64,000 nt of DNA, taken from contig OZ076409.1 in NCBI GenBank assembly GCA_964187785.1, positions 77,192,001 to 77,256,000 of the forward strand. Direction: 5' to 3'. Positions 53,401 to 64,000 of this stretch are shown here, piece after piece; within the stretch, counting starts at the first letter, position 1; the number at the start of each line of letters is the position of its first letter. The DNA is from Amphiscolops sp. MND2022. Lineage: Eukaryota. The position numbers and the translations under genes are program-made. The notes beneath the pieces were generated by a model. It worked only from the letters and a program-made list of their open reading frames with translations. It was not told the origin of the DNA and did no database searches.

Positions 53401-55937
53401 GGTGACCCTTTGGAGGAATAAAAAAAATTGCGCAAAAAAGTCTCACAAAGCCAGAATAACATGCACAAAAAAAGTTTGTCAAGGGCGAGACTCGAACCCA
53501 CGTCTTTCTGCTTGGCAGATCTCGAAAAATCCTAATCAACCTCTATGCCAAGTGCCAGTGGAAGTAGCAGTTTAGTGTGGCAGTTAATGTTAGTGGAAGC
53601 CAGCTTATAAAGCTCATAAAATCTGTCACTTCGTTGGTTATAAAAAACGAAAAAAAGTCACTGCTATAGTCTGCGTTTTCTACGAAAAGCGCCAACTAAA
53701 AATCGAAATAAACAAACTAAATACTTTCAAGTTCGCGAGTGTAGTTTTGGAAGTCGCCGGACTCCGGTTGTTGCTGGAACAATGGTTGACTAGAATATGA
53801 AGATGTTGTTTCCAAGACATTGCGTGACGAAAAATCGTAACTATTTCTTATGACTTCTGTCACGTTTTGAGGACAAAACTGTTGCATAATTTCCATGAGG
53901 TCATCTGCGTGTACAAACTCTCGCAGGTTGCTTCCGATCATGTCGACCTAAATAAAAAACATCTATCAAGATCTAACAACATTCAATAAGGCTCAAAACT
54001 TTTAAACAACTTAGTTTTTGGAAACCTGAAAATATCACATCAGTCTGGATGAACTGAATTGATTCGAAATTTATCAACTTACAAAACTTAGCGAGTGTGA
54101 AATTGGAGACGGTTTGAATTTTGGAGGTTCGAATATTGACGGTTTGAATATGGAGACGGTCGTGAAACTTTTAACCAGGGGTCTCATCGAAAGCAATAAC
54201 TGTGCTGTGGGTAAATAGGTTGCAGCCATGCTCATGAAAAATAATAGATTAAAGGATACGTTGACTAAAGTGGTTACCTGTGAGATTCCCAGGTGGTTAG
54301 AGGCTGCATCGGAGATGAAGAAAACTTTCAGATCACTGTTGACCACCAGCACAAATCCATTCAGAGCCTAATAAAAAAAACGATCAACCCTGTATGAAAC
54401 GAAGCTCTGATGACGTGTTCTCTTTGCCAATGCATATAGATTGTTTCAAAAAGTTCGAGAGACTAGAACTAATTAATCGTCGCTGAAAATACCTTTTGTG
54501 AAGTCAAAAAAATGAATGTCGACGGCACCAGTTAACTCGTTTAACATCGTTTAACAACGGCACCAGTTAACATCTTTTTGAGCATTCGTAAGAACGTCTT
54601 GTACAGCAACACAATTTCGAATGTCTCAGTTTTTCAAAAAAAACGGTGTGCCGTGGCATTGGAGATAAGTCGTCTGTCTGTAAGCAGAAGATCAGAAAGC
54701 CGGGGTTGGAGTTTTGAGTTTCGATTAACGCTGCCCAGAAGCTGACGCTTGATTCTTCTTGTGAGTACAAATTTTCGACCCAATTTGACGTTTTTTCTGC
54801 CCAATACGTCGCTTCAGGATTTCTCTAAGTGTTGACTCGAACCGAGCAATTGCTGAGTTTGCATAATCCGGGTTTGCATCTTTAAAACGGTATATCGATT
54901 TTTGCAAGGTCATCAGATGTGCCTTTGCCTCGCATGGTCGCTGAAATTGATATGATAGCATCGCTAATAAAAAGACTGGTACCTAGTCTCGCGAACTTTT
55001 TGAAACGATCTATAGTTACTGTAATCTTAGAAATCCTGTTAATTTTTGACTAAGTATGCTGCTGCAATTACTGAACAAAAATTTTCTTAAAGATTAGTTT
55101 TCGATTCATACATTGATGTGAAAAAAGCCGCTTTAATTCCGTTAGAATGAAAGCTGAGCGAAAGCTGACTGATTAGCTAACTGCATACGTTTCTTGAAAA
55201 TTTCCAGAAAGTCCAACCTTGTTTCATCTGAAAGTAAAAGAAGTGATTGTTTCCAAGTACTGACCAAATGAAACGCAGAGTCAAAAGTTTCGCCAATAAA
55301 TCCCAGATCTGCATCCCTTTCTTGAATTGCTGAAAAACACAGTATAATATCCAGTTTGTGCTACACGCATTGAGAAGATTGGCCAGAATTGTTGTTTTTT
55401 ATGATCTTATGATCTTTATCTGTACATAGATGATTGTTTCTATTGCTGAATATATCATTTTTATAGTACAGATCTTGGAGCTTAAATTTTCTCACCTTCT
55501 GAGCCGGAATCGCCAGATGCCATGAGAAACTTCAATTCAAAGAAACTGTTCACAAGCTTCACAATTGAAGCTTTATCCAGCTGTGATGATATCGCTCTTG
55601 GCAAAGGAAGGTAAAAAGATAGCTGTCGAAATTCTATGTTCTCACGTTCGCGTCTGAGCTTCGCCGCGTTTTTTGTACTTTGACTCAAGCTTTCCGCAGC
55701 TAGAAAGTGTTCCTGCTTCGGGTATGGTTTGTATCTGTAGTCCGACGAAGATTCACTCAAGTTTTGAGATTCGTTGATTGATTCAAAGTTATAGTCTGAC
55801 CATTCTTGAGAGTTCCAACTTGAAGGATTGAAGGATGAATTGGATTCCAGAAAAGCTCCAGAATTGTTCTTCCAAAAACTTTGGTTGGAAAGAATCAACT
55901 GTTGATAATTGTAGTCATAGTTTGATTCTTGATCCAT
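41353..55937 (-). CDS. sim: Single-minded-like bHLH-PAS transcription factor, ~483 aa, 9 exons
   Basis: Exons 55937-55496, 55329-55265, 54367-54278, 53947-53725, 51040-50970, 50099-49876, 48112-48012, 47215-47047, 41419-41353, all GT-AG and phase-consistent. Motifs: KNAAKLRRERENIEF..LPLPRAISSQLDKASIV (bHLH); ALNGFVLVV..ISDAASNHLGISQ (PAS-A); Sim-diagnostic RFKCLLAKRNAGLAVNGYK; EMRLFSNMYIFRVGLDLEIHFVDQR (PAS-B). The last exon and the true start are less certain. Confidence 0.9.
43440..44215 (+). repeat. HINE-like repeat fragments
   Basis: AGATATGGCGCCGACTTGGGCCGTTCCCGGCTTGTT ending at 43644; a second 3'-type end at ~44180-44210. Confidence 0.7.
44360..44567. repeat. Tandem array of ~29-bp palindromic units CCTTGCAAGATCTTGCAAGG
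   Basis: About 7 units visible; related decayed copies at ~39720-39820 and ~44830. Confidence 0.85.
46627..46940. mobile_element. MITE with CCCGGGTTTCCC TIRs and internal ~35-bp tandem repeats
   Basis: CCCGGGTTTCCC ... GGGAAACCCGGG; internal repeats of GACCATACTCTGG..ATATGGTTCCAG; TT on both flanks. Confidence 0.75.
47047..47215 (-). CDS. sim: sim-like exon: PAS-B/PAC
   Basis: MRKGNMRTGPYRLL...LWVSTEATRV...SRPPSVVLTHTVIG resembles Sim KGQVTTKYYRLL..WVQSYATVV..SRPHCIVSVNYVL. Confidence 0.9.
47309..47765 (+). mobile_element. Complete short HINE/Helentron-like element
   Basis: 5' TT-AGTCGGCGC; 3' GCGCCGATT plus hairpin remnant plus CTTGTT; internal tRNA-like CTGCCAGCAGAAGGACGTGGGTTCGAG. Confidence 0.7.
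48012..48112 (-). CDS. sim: sim-like exon: PAS-B
   Basis: FVKSFNVTDLSGRSFYDVVHPLDLPEVTKQHCN. Confidence 0.88.
48800..49240. repeat. CGTTATATCCGG motif array (transposon-derived)
   Basis: Many copies of CGTTATATCC(G/A)G in two near-duplicate blocks at ~48800 and ~49170; the same motif occurs at ~21620, 40340 and 43770. Confidence 0.65.
49876..50099 (-). CDS. sim: sim-like exon: PAS-A end and PAS-B start
   Basis: AILCSS...EMRLFSNMYIFRVGLDLEIHFVDQR. Confidence 0.9.
50970..51040 (-). CDS. sim: sim-like exon
   Basis: KSLIIRFKCLLAKRNAGLAVNGYK; not in the ORF track. Confidence 0.92.
51708..52170 (-). pseudogene. Retroelement gag-like ORF fragment in a sim intron
   Basis: Intronless 188-aa ORF with PSTRRQRAKARRSREM and a helical ...ISMRLSQKMDLLISLMH..ISSAISER segment. 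It fits no sim exon. The gag assignment is tentative. Confidence 0.4.
53176..53700 (-). mobile_element. Complete short HINE/Helentron-like element (reverse orientation)
   Basis: On -: TTTAGTTGGCGCTTTTCGTAGAAAACGCAGACTATAGCAGTGAC ... GGGCCGTTCCCGGCGTGTT; internal CTGCCAAGCAGAAAGACGTGGGTTCGAGTC. Confidence 0.7.
53725..53947 (-). CDS. sim: sim-like exon: PAS-A
   Basis: VDMIGSNLREFVHADDLMEI...RELE. Confidence 0.9.
54278..54367 (-). CDS. sim: sim-like exon: PAS-A
   Basis: ALNGFVLVVNSDLKVFFISDAASNHLGISQ. Confidence 0.92.
55265..55329 (-). CDS. sim: sim-like exon: linker before PAS-A
   Basis: TTTTCAG| acceptor, TTG|GTCAGT donor; phase 1 to 0. Confidence 0.75.
55496..55937 (-). CDS. sim: sim-like exon: N-terminal extension plus bHLH
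   Basis: bHLH motif; GAAG|GTGAG donor; acceptor TTTCAG at 55957 just upstream. Confidence 0.9.
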
Positions 55938-56760
55938 TTCGGGAATATACCCAGGCCTGAAATTAGACGATTTTTATTCAGCATTTGTGAAGCAAAAATA
56001 GTCGATTATATTCAGAAAAGAAGGTGAAAAAAGTGTGAAAAAATGAAAGTTATCTATATCACGAATTCTGTGATTTTTGCTAATTTTCAAAACTATTATC
56101 ACTGTCACGAAATTGATATCTTTGAAGTCCTAGATCACAATTCAAAAACGTGACGACATAAGTATTAACTTTTTACCTTTTCGTGATTGCTGTAAACTTT
56201 ACTTTAGATTTATAAAAACTGATTTTTGTGAGAATTTTCGAAGTAATAATAACTCAACAATGCCAAGATTTATTCCCATTTATTAAGCAGTAAGTGATGT
56301 TATTTGAATTAAGAAGGCGATCATTTTTTCTAGTTATTGAGGCAATTTGGAGAAGTATTTGAAAGAAAAAAAGACAGCTGGCGCCTACTCAGGCGCGATC
56401 CCTGCAGCTACGATTAAGAGAGCTTCTTTTGAGATTGGTGTCGACATTTAGTCTAGACCGCGCAACTGTCAATTCTACTCAAGACTTTTAACTAATGTGG
56501 AGGACTTAGTAAATAAATGGAATGCATGAGAGCATCAGCGTAGTTTTTAACGATTTTGTCAATTTTGAATTTCACAAAAACTATAAAAACCGCTGGTTGG
56601 AGCCAAACAAAGCAAAGTAAAGCGAACAAAAACAGAACAATTGCCAAAGAATATTGCCGAGGTTCATGGAGAAAACTCAATTATTTTAAACATTAGAAGG
56701 ACACTTTCCAAAACTGAAACAAATTAATATTTAGATACGTGAATAAATTTCACATATGTT

Positions 56761-57404
56761 TCTTTAATTAAGAACAGCTGCGTCTGAATATCTGAAATTT
56801 CACGCTAAAACGGAAAATGATGTAAATAATGATATGCTATTTTGAAATGGCCTTAAGGTTGTTTACAAGTTTGTGAATATCAATCGTTCATAGAATAAAA
56901 CAAGACGATCTTTAGCATACTATGATGTACACAAGTCAATCAGTTCATTTTCAATCAGACAGGGTTAAAATGGATTTAATATTTTTTGCTTGAAAAAAAG
57001 CAGCTGAGCATTTCATAATTTAGTGATTCTGTCGACTAAAATTTTGCCGCAGAAGAGCTAATTAAATAAGTGAAGTAGCGATATCGCTACTTCACTTATT
57101 TAATTAGCTCTTCTGCGGCAAAATTTTAGTCGACAGAATCACTAAATTATGAAATGCTCAGCTGCTTTTTTTCAAGCAAAAAATATTAAATCCATTTTAA
57201 CCCTGTCTGATTGAAAATGAACTGATTGACTTGTGTACATCATAGTATGCTAAAGATCGTCTTGTTTTATTCTATGAACGATTGATATTCACAAACTTGT
57301 AAACAACCTTAAGGCCATTTCAAAATAGCATATCATTATTTACATCATTTTCCGTTTTAGCGTGAAATTTCAGATATTCAGACGCAGCTGTTCTTAATTA
57401 AAGA
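56761..57404. repeat. 644-bp palindrome with no spacer
   Basis: Centre GTAGCGAT|ATCGCTAC at 57082/57083; the arms matched everywhere I checked, out to TCTTTAATTAAGAA / TTCTTAATTAAAGA. Confidence 0.95.
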
Positions 57405-57714
57405 CCCATCATAAAGCATCAAAGCAGCACTTCCAGAAAAATTGTTCAGAAAGTGTTCCTTTTCTAGAAAAAACGAAGTGCTTCTTACAATTTAATGACT
57501 GGCACTACAGCAGAACTGTTGAATAAAAATACTTTCCATCAAATTTATCAAGATTACATTCATAGAATGTTGCAAAAGTATTTTCCCGCGAACTGAATTC
57601 TTTTAAGTAATAAGATACGTCATAAAGCAGTATCTATGAGACCAAGTATATGTATATTAAATTTTATGGATAAACATTATCATGCCAGCATGATGGAACT
57701 ATAGAACTAACTTA

Positions 57715-58026
57715 GGATCTCTTTCACTATGTCCCCCCTATATCACTCATTACACTATGTCCCCCCTCGAGAAAATAAATGTTTGTGGCTCATTTATATT
57801 TATCTCCTATTGGCTAATCTCTCATGCTACTCTGTCAATCAATTGATGTCGTCATAACTAACGACACTTTTTATTGGTTCTTTTTATCAAAATCACCACT
57901 CAGCCAATCAGAAGCGTTGTTAGATAAGAGCACATCTGCGGTATTAGAATGTGCAATACATGCATTTAATAGCGTTTCACTATGTCCCCCCTTTTTGCTG
58001 TAGGGGGGATATAGTGAAAGAGATCC
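57715..58026. mobile_element. Merlin-type MITE (GG termini, 8-bp TSD)
   Basis: TIRs GGATCTCTTTCACTATGTCCCCCCT / AGGGGGGATATAGTGAAAGAGATCC; perfect TSD CTAACTTA; internal CACTATGTCCCCC repeats. Confidence 0.9.
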
Positions 58027-58163
58027 CTAACTTAGATATACAAACAATATAAAATTCAATGAATACAGATATATTTATGTCATATACTTTTATAAGGGAA
58101 AGAAATACGGGAGTACTGAGGGTTAACTATGAGCCTCTGGCCAAGTGTTGTTTAAAGTATACT

Positions 58164-58560
58164 TTAGCCGTACATGCATTAACTTTGTTGTTGTTTGTGA
58201 TAGATGCTAAATTCATGTTAACACTATTGCTGTAAAAGACAATTGTGTGAAAATATGTATTTGATGACAACCTGCCAAATGTTACCAAAGTGGCAAAGTT
58301 AGCACCATTGCCATAACTGAGTATATCGTTCATAATACAGTTTGCGTACGAATTCTCTTCTATTCCGAGTTGCAGTTGACACGCAGGTCTATAACAGTGT
58401 TGTTGTGTATTTTCGCTCTTTTTCAAATCCGGGTTCGTAAAGGAATAAATTTCACTGTGACACGAGTCACAGTGAAATTTATTCTTTTACGAACCCGGAT
58501 TTGAAAAAGAGCGAAAATACACAACAACACCAACAACAAAGTTCATGCATGTACGGCTAA
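58164..58560. repeat. Second palindrome with a deletion in one arm
   Basis: 65-bp arms at 58397-58461 and 58466-58530 (spacer ACGA, 1 mismatch). 58531-58560 pairs with 58164-58193. Confidence 0.9.
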
Positions 58561-61500
58561 TTGTCATGACCCGATCTATCCAAATTTCATAACGAATCTT
58601 TCCCATCGTTAATTCATCATAAAAAATAGAATTCATTCTTGTGTTCGCATTTAGATGATTAATATTGATTACATATATAAGTGATTCGACATAAATTATA
58701 CTTTCACTAATTTACATTCGTTCAGTATAGAGAAATCCTGTTTTAAGTATGGAATCAGGTGACATATAATTATCACTTTACCACGTTCGCCAATTGTAAG
58801 GAGAGATTGACAAGAATTGCGTCTTGTCACCTGGCATAACTACTCAAAAAGCACCGCCCATGTTGAGCTTTCCTTGAGAATGTGTACAGATCTGTGAGCC
58901 TTTTTCCTTAAGGGTCTGTAAAGGAAACTACGTAAAGGAAACTACGTAAGGACAACTGCAGATCTGCAAGGATTTTTACAGATGTTCACAGATTTTCTGT
59001 ACAGATTCTCAGGAAACAATGTATTGCATTTTTGGGCTTCTTCAAAAAGTATTTTAGCTGACCAAGGCTCAGTCAGTTGAAACTCTCCATCACTCAAAAT
59101 TCTTGAGCAGGAAAGCTTGTCCCCAACACGGCAATTTGGGTGCCTGAGGAATGCTCGTTAATGGTTATTCACTAATTTATCCATTTCACATGAACTTTCC
59201 AGAAGTGGTTATTCAACTTTGAGAGATCCGTTTGACACATTGCCTTCGTTTTCGTGGTTGTAATTAAACATGTGGCCACCGTCAATGATGGTAGAGGTGC
59301 TGATGAAGTGCTGTTGTTGTAATTTTTGTTAACATGGTTTGCTGGAGTAGTTTTAGTAATTGCTGGAAATTTGGAATAAGTTATAGTAATATATTGGTCA
59401 TCTTCGCATTCTTAATTTTCGACGAATCCTGGAATATCTGTCAGGATCTGTACGGATCTGTACAGATTCGCACAGAAACTTTTCTAAAACTTCAACTAGG
59501 AGGCGTGTTCATCTTGTAGAGCACTTTTTAAACAACTAATTTCAGTTTCAAAACTGTATTTTTGACTAATTAATTTTCCACAAATTCTAGAATATCTGTC
59601 AGGATCTGTACAGATCTGTTCAGATTCGCATGTTGAGCGAACGAACTAATTGAGAAAATAATCGTTGTTACTCACTGGTCTACTAGCGTTTCAATTCTCT
59701 CCAACACATTGATACACATTAACTCACCAGTTTACATTCGTAAAACATCCAACCTTGTACATTCGTAGTAACAATTCGCGTTACTATTTCATCAATTTAA
59801 TCTCTGAAACAAAATCCTAGGTAAATCAAGAAAGCCACCAAGGATTAATGATTAATTTTCTTCATAAAACCTAACATTTTATTGCATGACAGAATACTCC
59901 CCTTTCAGACTTCTCAGCGGTCAAACTATTGTAAACATTGAAAGTCAGCCATATTCATCTGAAATTAGTCGCTAGATGAAAAAGAACGACGAGCCTTGTT
60001 TTAACTTACAGGATCAACACGTTCAATCAGGGCCACATGGCCTTGAGACTCCCATTCATTCCCAGAGTGAAACAAACGTTCAAATGGACCATTTACAACG
60101 AGAAATGGGAGAATTGATGCGCTAATGGATACTTTAGCACAGCGGATTTGCCCTTAACCAGAGGAAGAGTAAGCTTGAGGATTTACTTTTCACAGGCATG
60201 GAGAACGGAATGACGAACTTATATCACCGTTTCACCAGTAGGTTAATTCATCCGTCTTCAGAATTACAGAAATGTATCCCTGCATTCACCTCAAATCTTT
60301 TTCTGAAAAAGAAGAGCTCAGTAAACTGGTTTTGTTTTTTGATGTTTTCGAATTGACAGTCGTCAATTTAGTTGTTCAGACAACGCCCCTTGTGAAAAAG
60401 GAAATCTTCCTTTGTCTCTGCAAACACAATTTATGTCTTGAGAAAACTGCACAGAAAAGCTTATTGTAAACGACAGCCTCTGAGAACCGGGTTAATTTCC
60501 GCACTTGAAACACTGGTGCGAAAATTCCTTTTTACTGCTCGAGCGAAGTTTTGAACATTTGAACTCATTAATATTCGAACACTTCAACTCTTTTTGGTTC
60601 ATTTAGTGTTAAAACAAAACTTGAATTGCCATATAACAAAGTACGCTAGGTTGCTGAATGTTTTGTTGTTCAGCTCAGTGGTTATTCAGTCCACGTAAAC
60701 ATTTAAAATTTGTACCGAAAAAGCATCGAACGATAGAAAGTTTGAAAATGTCAACCTCCAGATTTTAGGCGAAGCTGCCATCAAATATCAAGAAGGATTT
60801 AAAGAAAGCTATTCTTCCAAAATAAGAGACATGCGACATGCGACACAACGGTTTTTCTGCCCGGGGTTCGAGACGGGCAATATCTTAGAAGTTGCTACAT
60901 ACACGTAGGTTCCACCAGATTTGGCAATTTTGAGCCTTTTGGTAATGTTTTAATCTCGAGATATTGATAAACTTTCAGTGGACATTTAAAAACTAGGCAC
61001 CCCACTGCTAGTATAAAGTATCCACTGGTGTAAAAGTAAAAAGTGGCATTCATGTCGAATTCTTTTCCATCGAAATTATTCGCAGTGTTTTTTGTTTTTC
61101 CTTATTTTGTTTTTCCAATCAGCTTACAAAAATAAAATCGTATCTGGGCGAGCACCCGTGTGTTTTCGGGACCAGAGATGCCTGCACAAACTGTTCTAAG
61201 CGACAGAATAAATATCAAAAACCGCTACTTATGCACATATTATATTTTGTTTCATTTCTTTGATCATTTTCGTAAGTGATGGTCATGAAAATTACGTTCT
61301 TTCTTTTTGTCAAACTGATTTTGAACTTCTTCGGATTGATCAAACTTCATAATCTTATCGAATTTTAAATGATTTGCTGATGACAACTCGATGCCTTCAT
61401 AGTTTGAAATTTTTGACATATTTTGGTTCATTTTGAGCTCAATTTTCAAATAAAAGATCTTCAACTTTCAATCAAAATGTATACTAAGTAGCTGATTGTG

Positions 61501-62418
61501 TTGTTTTCCAACTCAAAACACTACAAAATGACTGTGCCAAAAATCCTCATGTTGGTTGGTAGACAGGTTGAAAAACTGTTTGTGTGAATTTGGGGCGCTT
61601 ATTGTCAAACACAGTCGATTGCTCTCAAAGAAGGTATGCAAAGTAACTAAAGGTTTTGTCGTTCAATTCTGTGGATATTCATAATCAAAATAATTTCAAA
61701 AACTGTACAAAAACATTATGGAGCGATCAAAAATTATTATTTTTTCGTTTTTAGCTAGTTTGTTGTCATTTTGAGACGTTTCTCATAAAAATAGAAATAA
61801 TCAAGTAATTTACCTTTACAGTTTACAGATTATGGGAATTTAAATTTACTGAAGGTGAATTGTGTTGGAGAACCTCCATTTTCTGAAACTTGTTTTTAGA
61901 GATTGGCAAAATTTGAAAAAAGGCCCCAAAGCTTTAGAGAAACTCAGGCAATCGCAAAATTAGATACACAGACTTGCTTTTCAGCAGAATTTGCAACTAA
62001 CGTACTGTTCAGATCGTGAACCCAAATTTTATCAAGTTGCACATTATACTTGAAAACCCTGGCTCTTAATGAATGGTCTCAAGAAACGCAACTATGCATA
62101 TGGATTTTTTGAGTAAAATCTATTAATCGTCGAAATCGTCGAAGTTCCAAACAAGTGACAGCTTGACGGTATTAGAATACATTGGACCACGTGTTCAATT
62201 CCCCCCCCCCCCCCAAACTGCGGCGGGGGGGGGGGGGGGTAAATAAGACAGAAGGTTCAAATACCATTATGTCGACATAGTTTGCGTTGAAATTTTGATC
62301 CAATATAATAATTGATGTCGACATAATCCTATCCTTTACATTGACTGTCATTTAAAAGTTGCTCATTTGATTTAATAGCGGACAAAATTTGCGCTGAAAT
62401 CGGGGCCTTTTTATACGA

Positions 62419-64000
62419 TGTGGCATAGCTGAATAAGCTAGAGGACAAACTTTATACTTTAGACACTATTATTCTTATTGTTATTTAATTAGTCTGAAGT
62501 ACCTGCCTATACTGTATCATCTTTATCATACTAAAGTTCGTTTAGTAACAATAGCTACGAGATAAAATACAGTCTTGAAAGAAAGTAAATTCTTGTATCA
62601 TAAAGTTACAACATGGCGCAGTCAGTGTCAGTATAACTGACATTTACCACAAATATTCGTGATCAGCCCATCAATTACCAAAGAATGGAAGACACGAACA
62701 CCACCCTTCCAATGGGGGAACAGCCTGACCGGGCAACCGATCAATCATCCAGCAGCCAGTTGATACCCAATGAAACAACAACAAGAGCGGGAGAACGGAC
62801 ATGTACCCAGAAATTGACCATTCCCAGCCTAGAAAAACACGACAGCTCCAGCGCAAATTTGTGGTGGCGAAAATTTGTCCAATATATTAAAATGACAAAA
62901 GACATCGATTTATCACAAATGGTAAATCCAAAAGAAATCCTGCAACAATTCCGCGATCAACTGGAACTAGAAATTAAAGACACGTTTCTTTGGGCAATTG
63001 GACAAAGTGCCCTATCAGAAATGACAAAAACGGTGAGAGAACGAGAACCCAGCACTCTACCGTTACACAGATTATACAGCCTATTCCGACTACATTTCAC
63101 TCCAGAACGGAACGTACAACACAGCAGGGCCGATATTTTGATTTGAAAAGAGAATCAAACGAAAAGGCCGCAGACGTCTGGAAGAAAATACTGGAGGTGG
63201 AAAAAAACTGCGAGTTCGAAACCATTACGGCAGCCGAACTTTTGGCCTCAAAATTTCTATCGCTCATCGGGAAATCCACAGGCGACTACGAATTAAAAAA
63301 GAAAATTAGAAAAAGTGACATGTCAGTGGAGGCTATCACAGAGGCAATACATGAGTACATGTATGAAAAACTAAATGAATCCCCAGAAACTGACGAAGAC
63401 AAAAAAAATCAGACATGTGGAAAAAAGAAAACTAAAGTATGGGAAAGAACATACCGAACGAAACCCGAAGACCGCGAGAAGACTGGACTGTAATAGGTGC
63501 GGAACGCCCAACTGGTCCAAACAACACGAATGCCCCGCGAAAGGAAAGAAATGTGCCAAATGCGGTAAATTGGGACATTACGCCAAATGCTGCCGGTCCG
63601 GGAGGAAAATAAACCATATAGCAGACGAGGAAGCATACAGCGCAGACGAAGATGAGTGGACACCAGACAGAATACACTCAATTCAACAAAAAATCAACTC
63701 GCTGAGCAATGGAAGCAAGAACGGACTACCGTTCTATACCAAAACGTTATTGGTCAATAACCGACCAATCAAATTCATCGTCGATACAGGCTCACCAATA
63801 ACTCTAATTCCAAAAATCAAAATTCAACAATATTACAACAATGAAGCCGGTAACTATAGATTACCGGGACGTGAACGACAATAAAATAAAATTTGAAGGG
63901 AAAACAACCGCCAACATAAGAATAGACGGTAAAGAGAGACAACTGGAAATACTGGTAACAACTAAACAAACACACCCACTACTCGGATTAGACTGGATGG
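62419..64000 (+). mobile_element. Ty3/Gypsy LTR retrotransposon, 5' part, frameshifted, truncated by the window edge
   Basis: Putative short LTR TG(62419)...CA(62613) followed directly by PBS TGGCGCAGTC. gag from 62685 with zinc knuckle CAKCGKLGHYAKCC; aspartic protease FIVDTGSPITLI. Confidence 0.88.
62685..63884 (+). pseudogene. Gypsy gag-protease with frameshifts
   Basis: Continuous homology over three frames (62685, 62990 and 63375 ORFs); CCHC knuckle; DTG protease motif. Confidence 0.85.

Noticed and set aside
59970..60250. Possible plus-strand exon after TTACAG
   Set aside because: All frames stop within ~40 codons and no partner exons were found.

Overview
This is AT-rich, intron-containing animal genomic DNA, not prokaryotic; the repeat content looks invertebrate, but that is an impression only. 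Two convergent spliced genes can be rebuilt exon by exon with consistent GT-AG phases. The first is an MTSS1/MIM-like I-BAR (IMD) gene on + (about 10.9-15.9 kb, 7 coding exons, ~732 aa). The second is a single-minded-like bHLH-PAS gene on - (55.9 to about 41.4 kb, 9 exons, ~483 aa). The rest is mostly transposable elements: a decayed Merlin/IS1595-type DNA transposon with a nested MITE, a second GG-terminated MITE with an 8-bp TSD, an internally deleted Tc1, a 7.9-kb LTR element with 2-kb LTRs, PBS, PPT and a 5-bp TSD but no pol, a frameshifted Ty3/Gypsy running off the right edge, and LINE and MULE remnants. A very abundant short repeat has Helentron/HINE-like ends and carries tRNA-Gly-like fragments. 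Upstream of the sim-like gene lie a 644-bp spacerless palindrome and a second, partly collapsed palindrome. No wholly new biological system is demonstrated. The best leads are the pol-less LTR element, the HINE-like family, the palindromes and the rearranged Sim protein.
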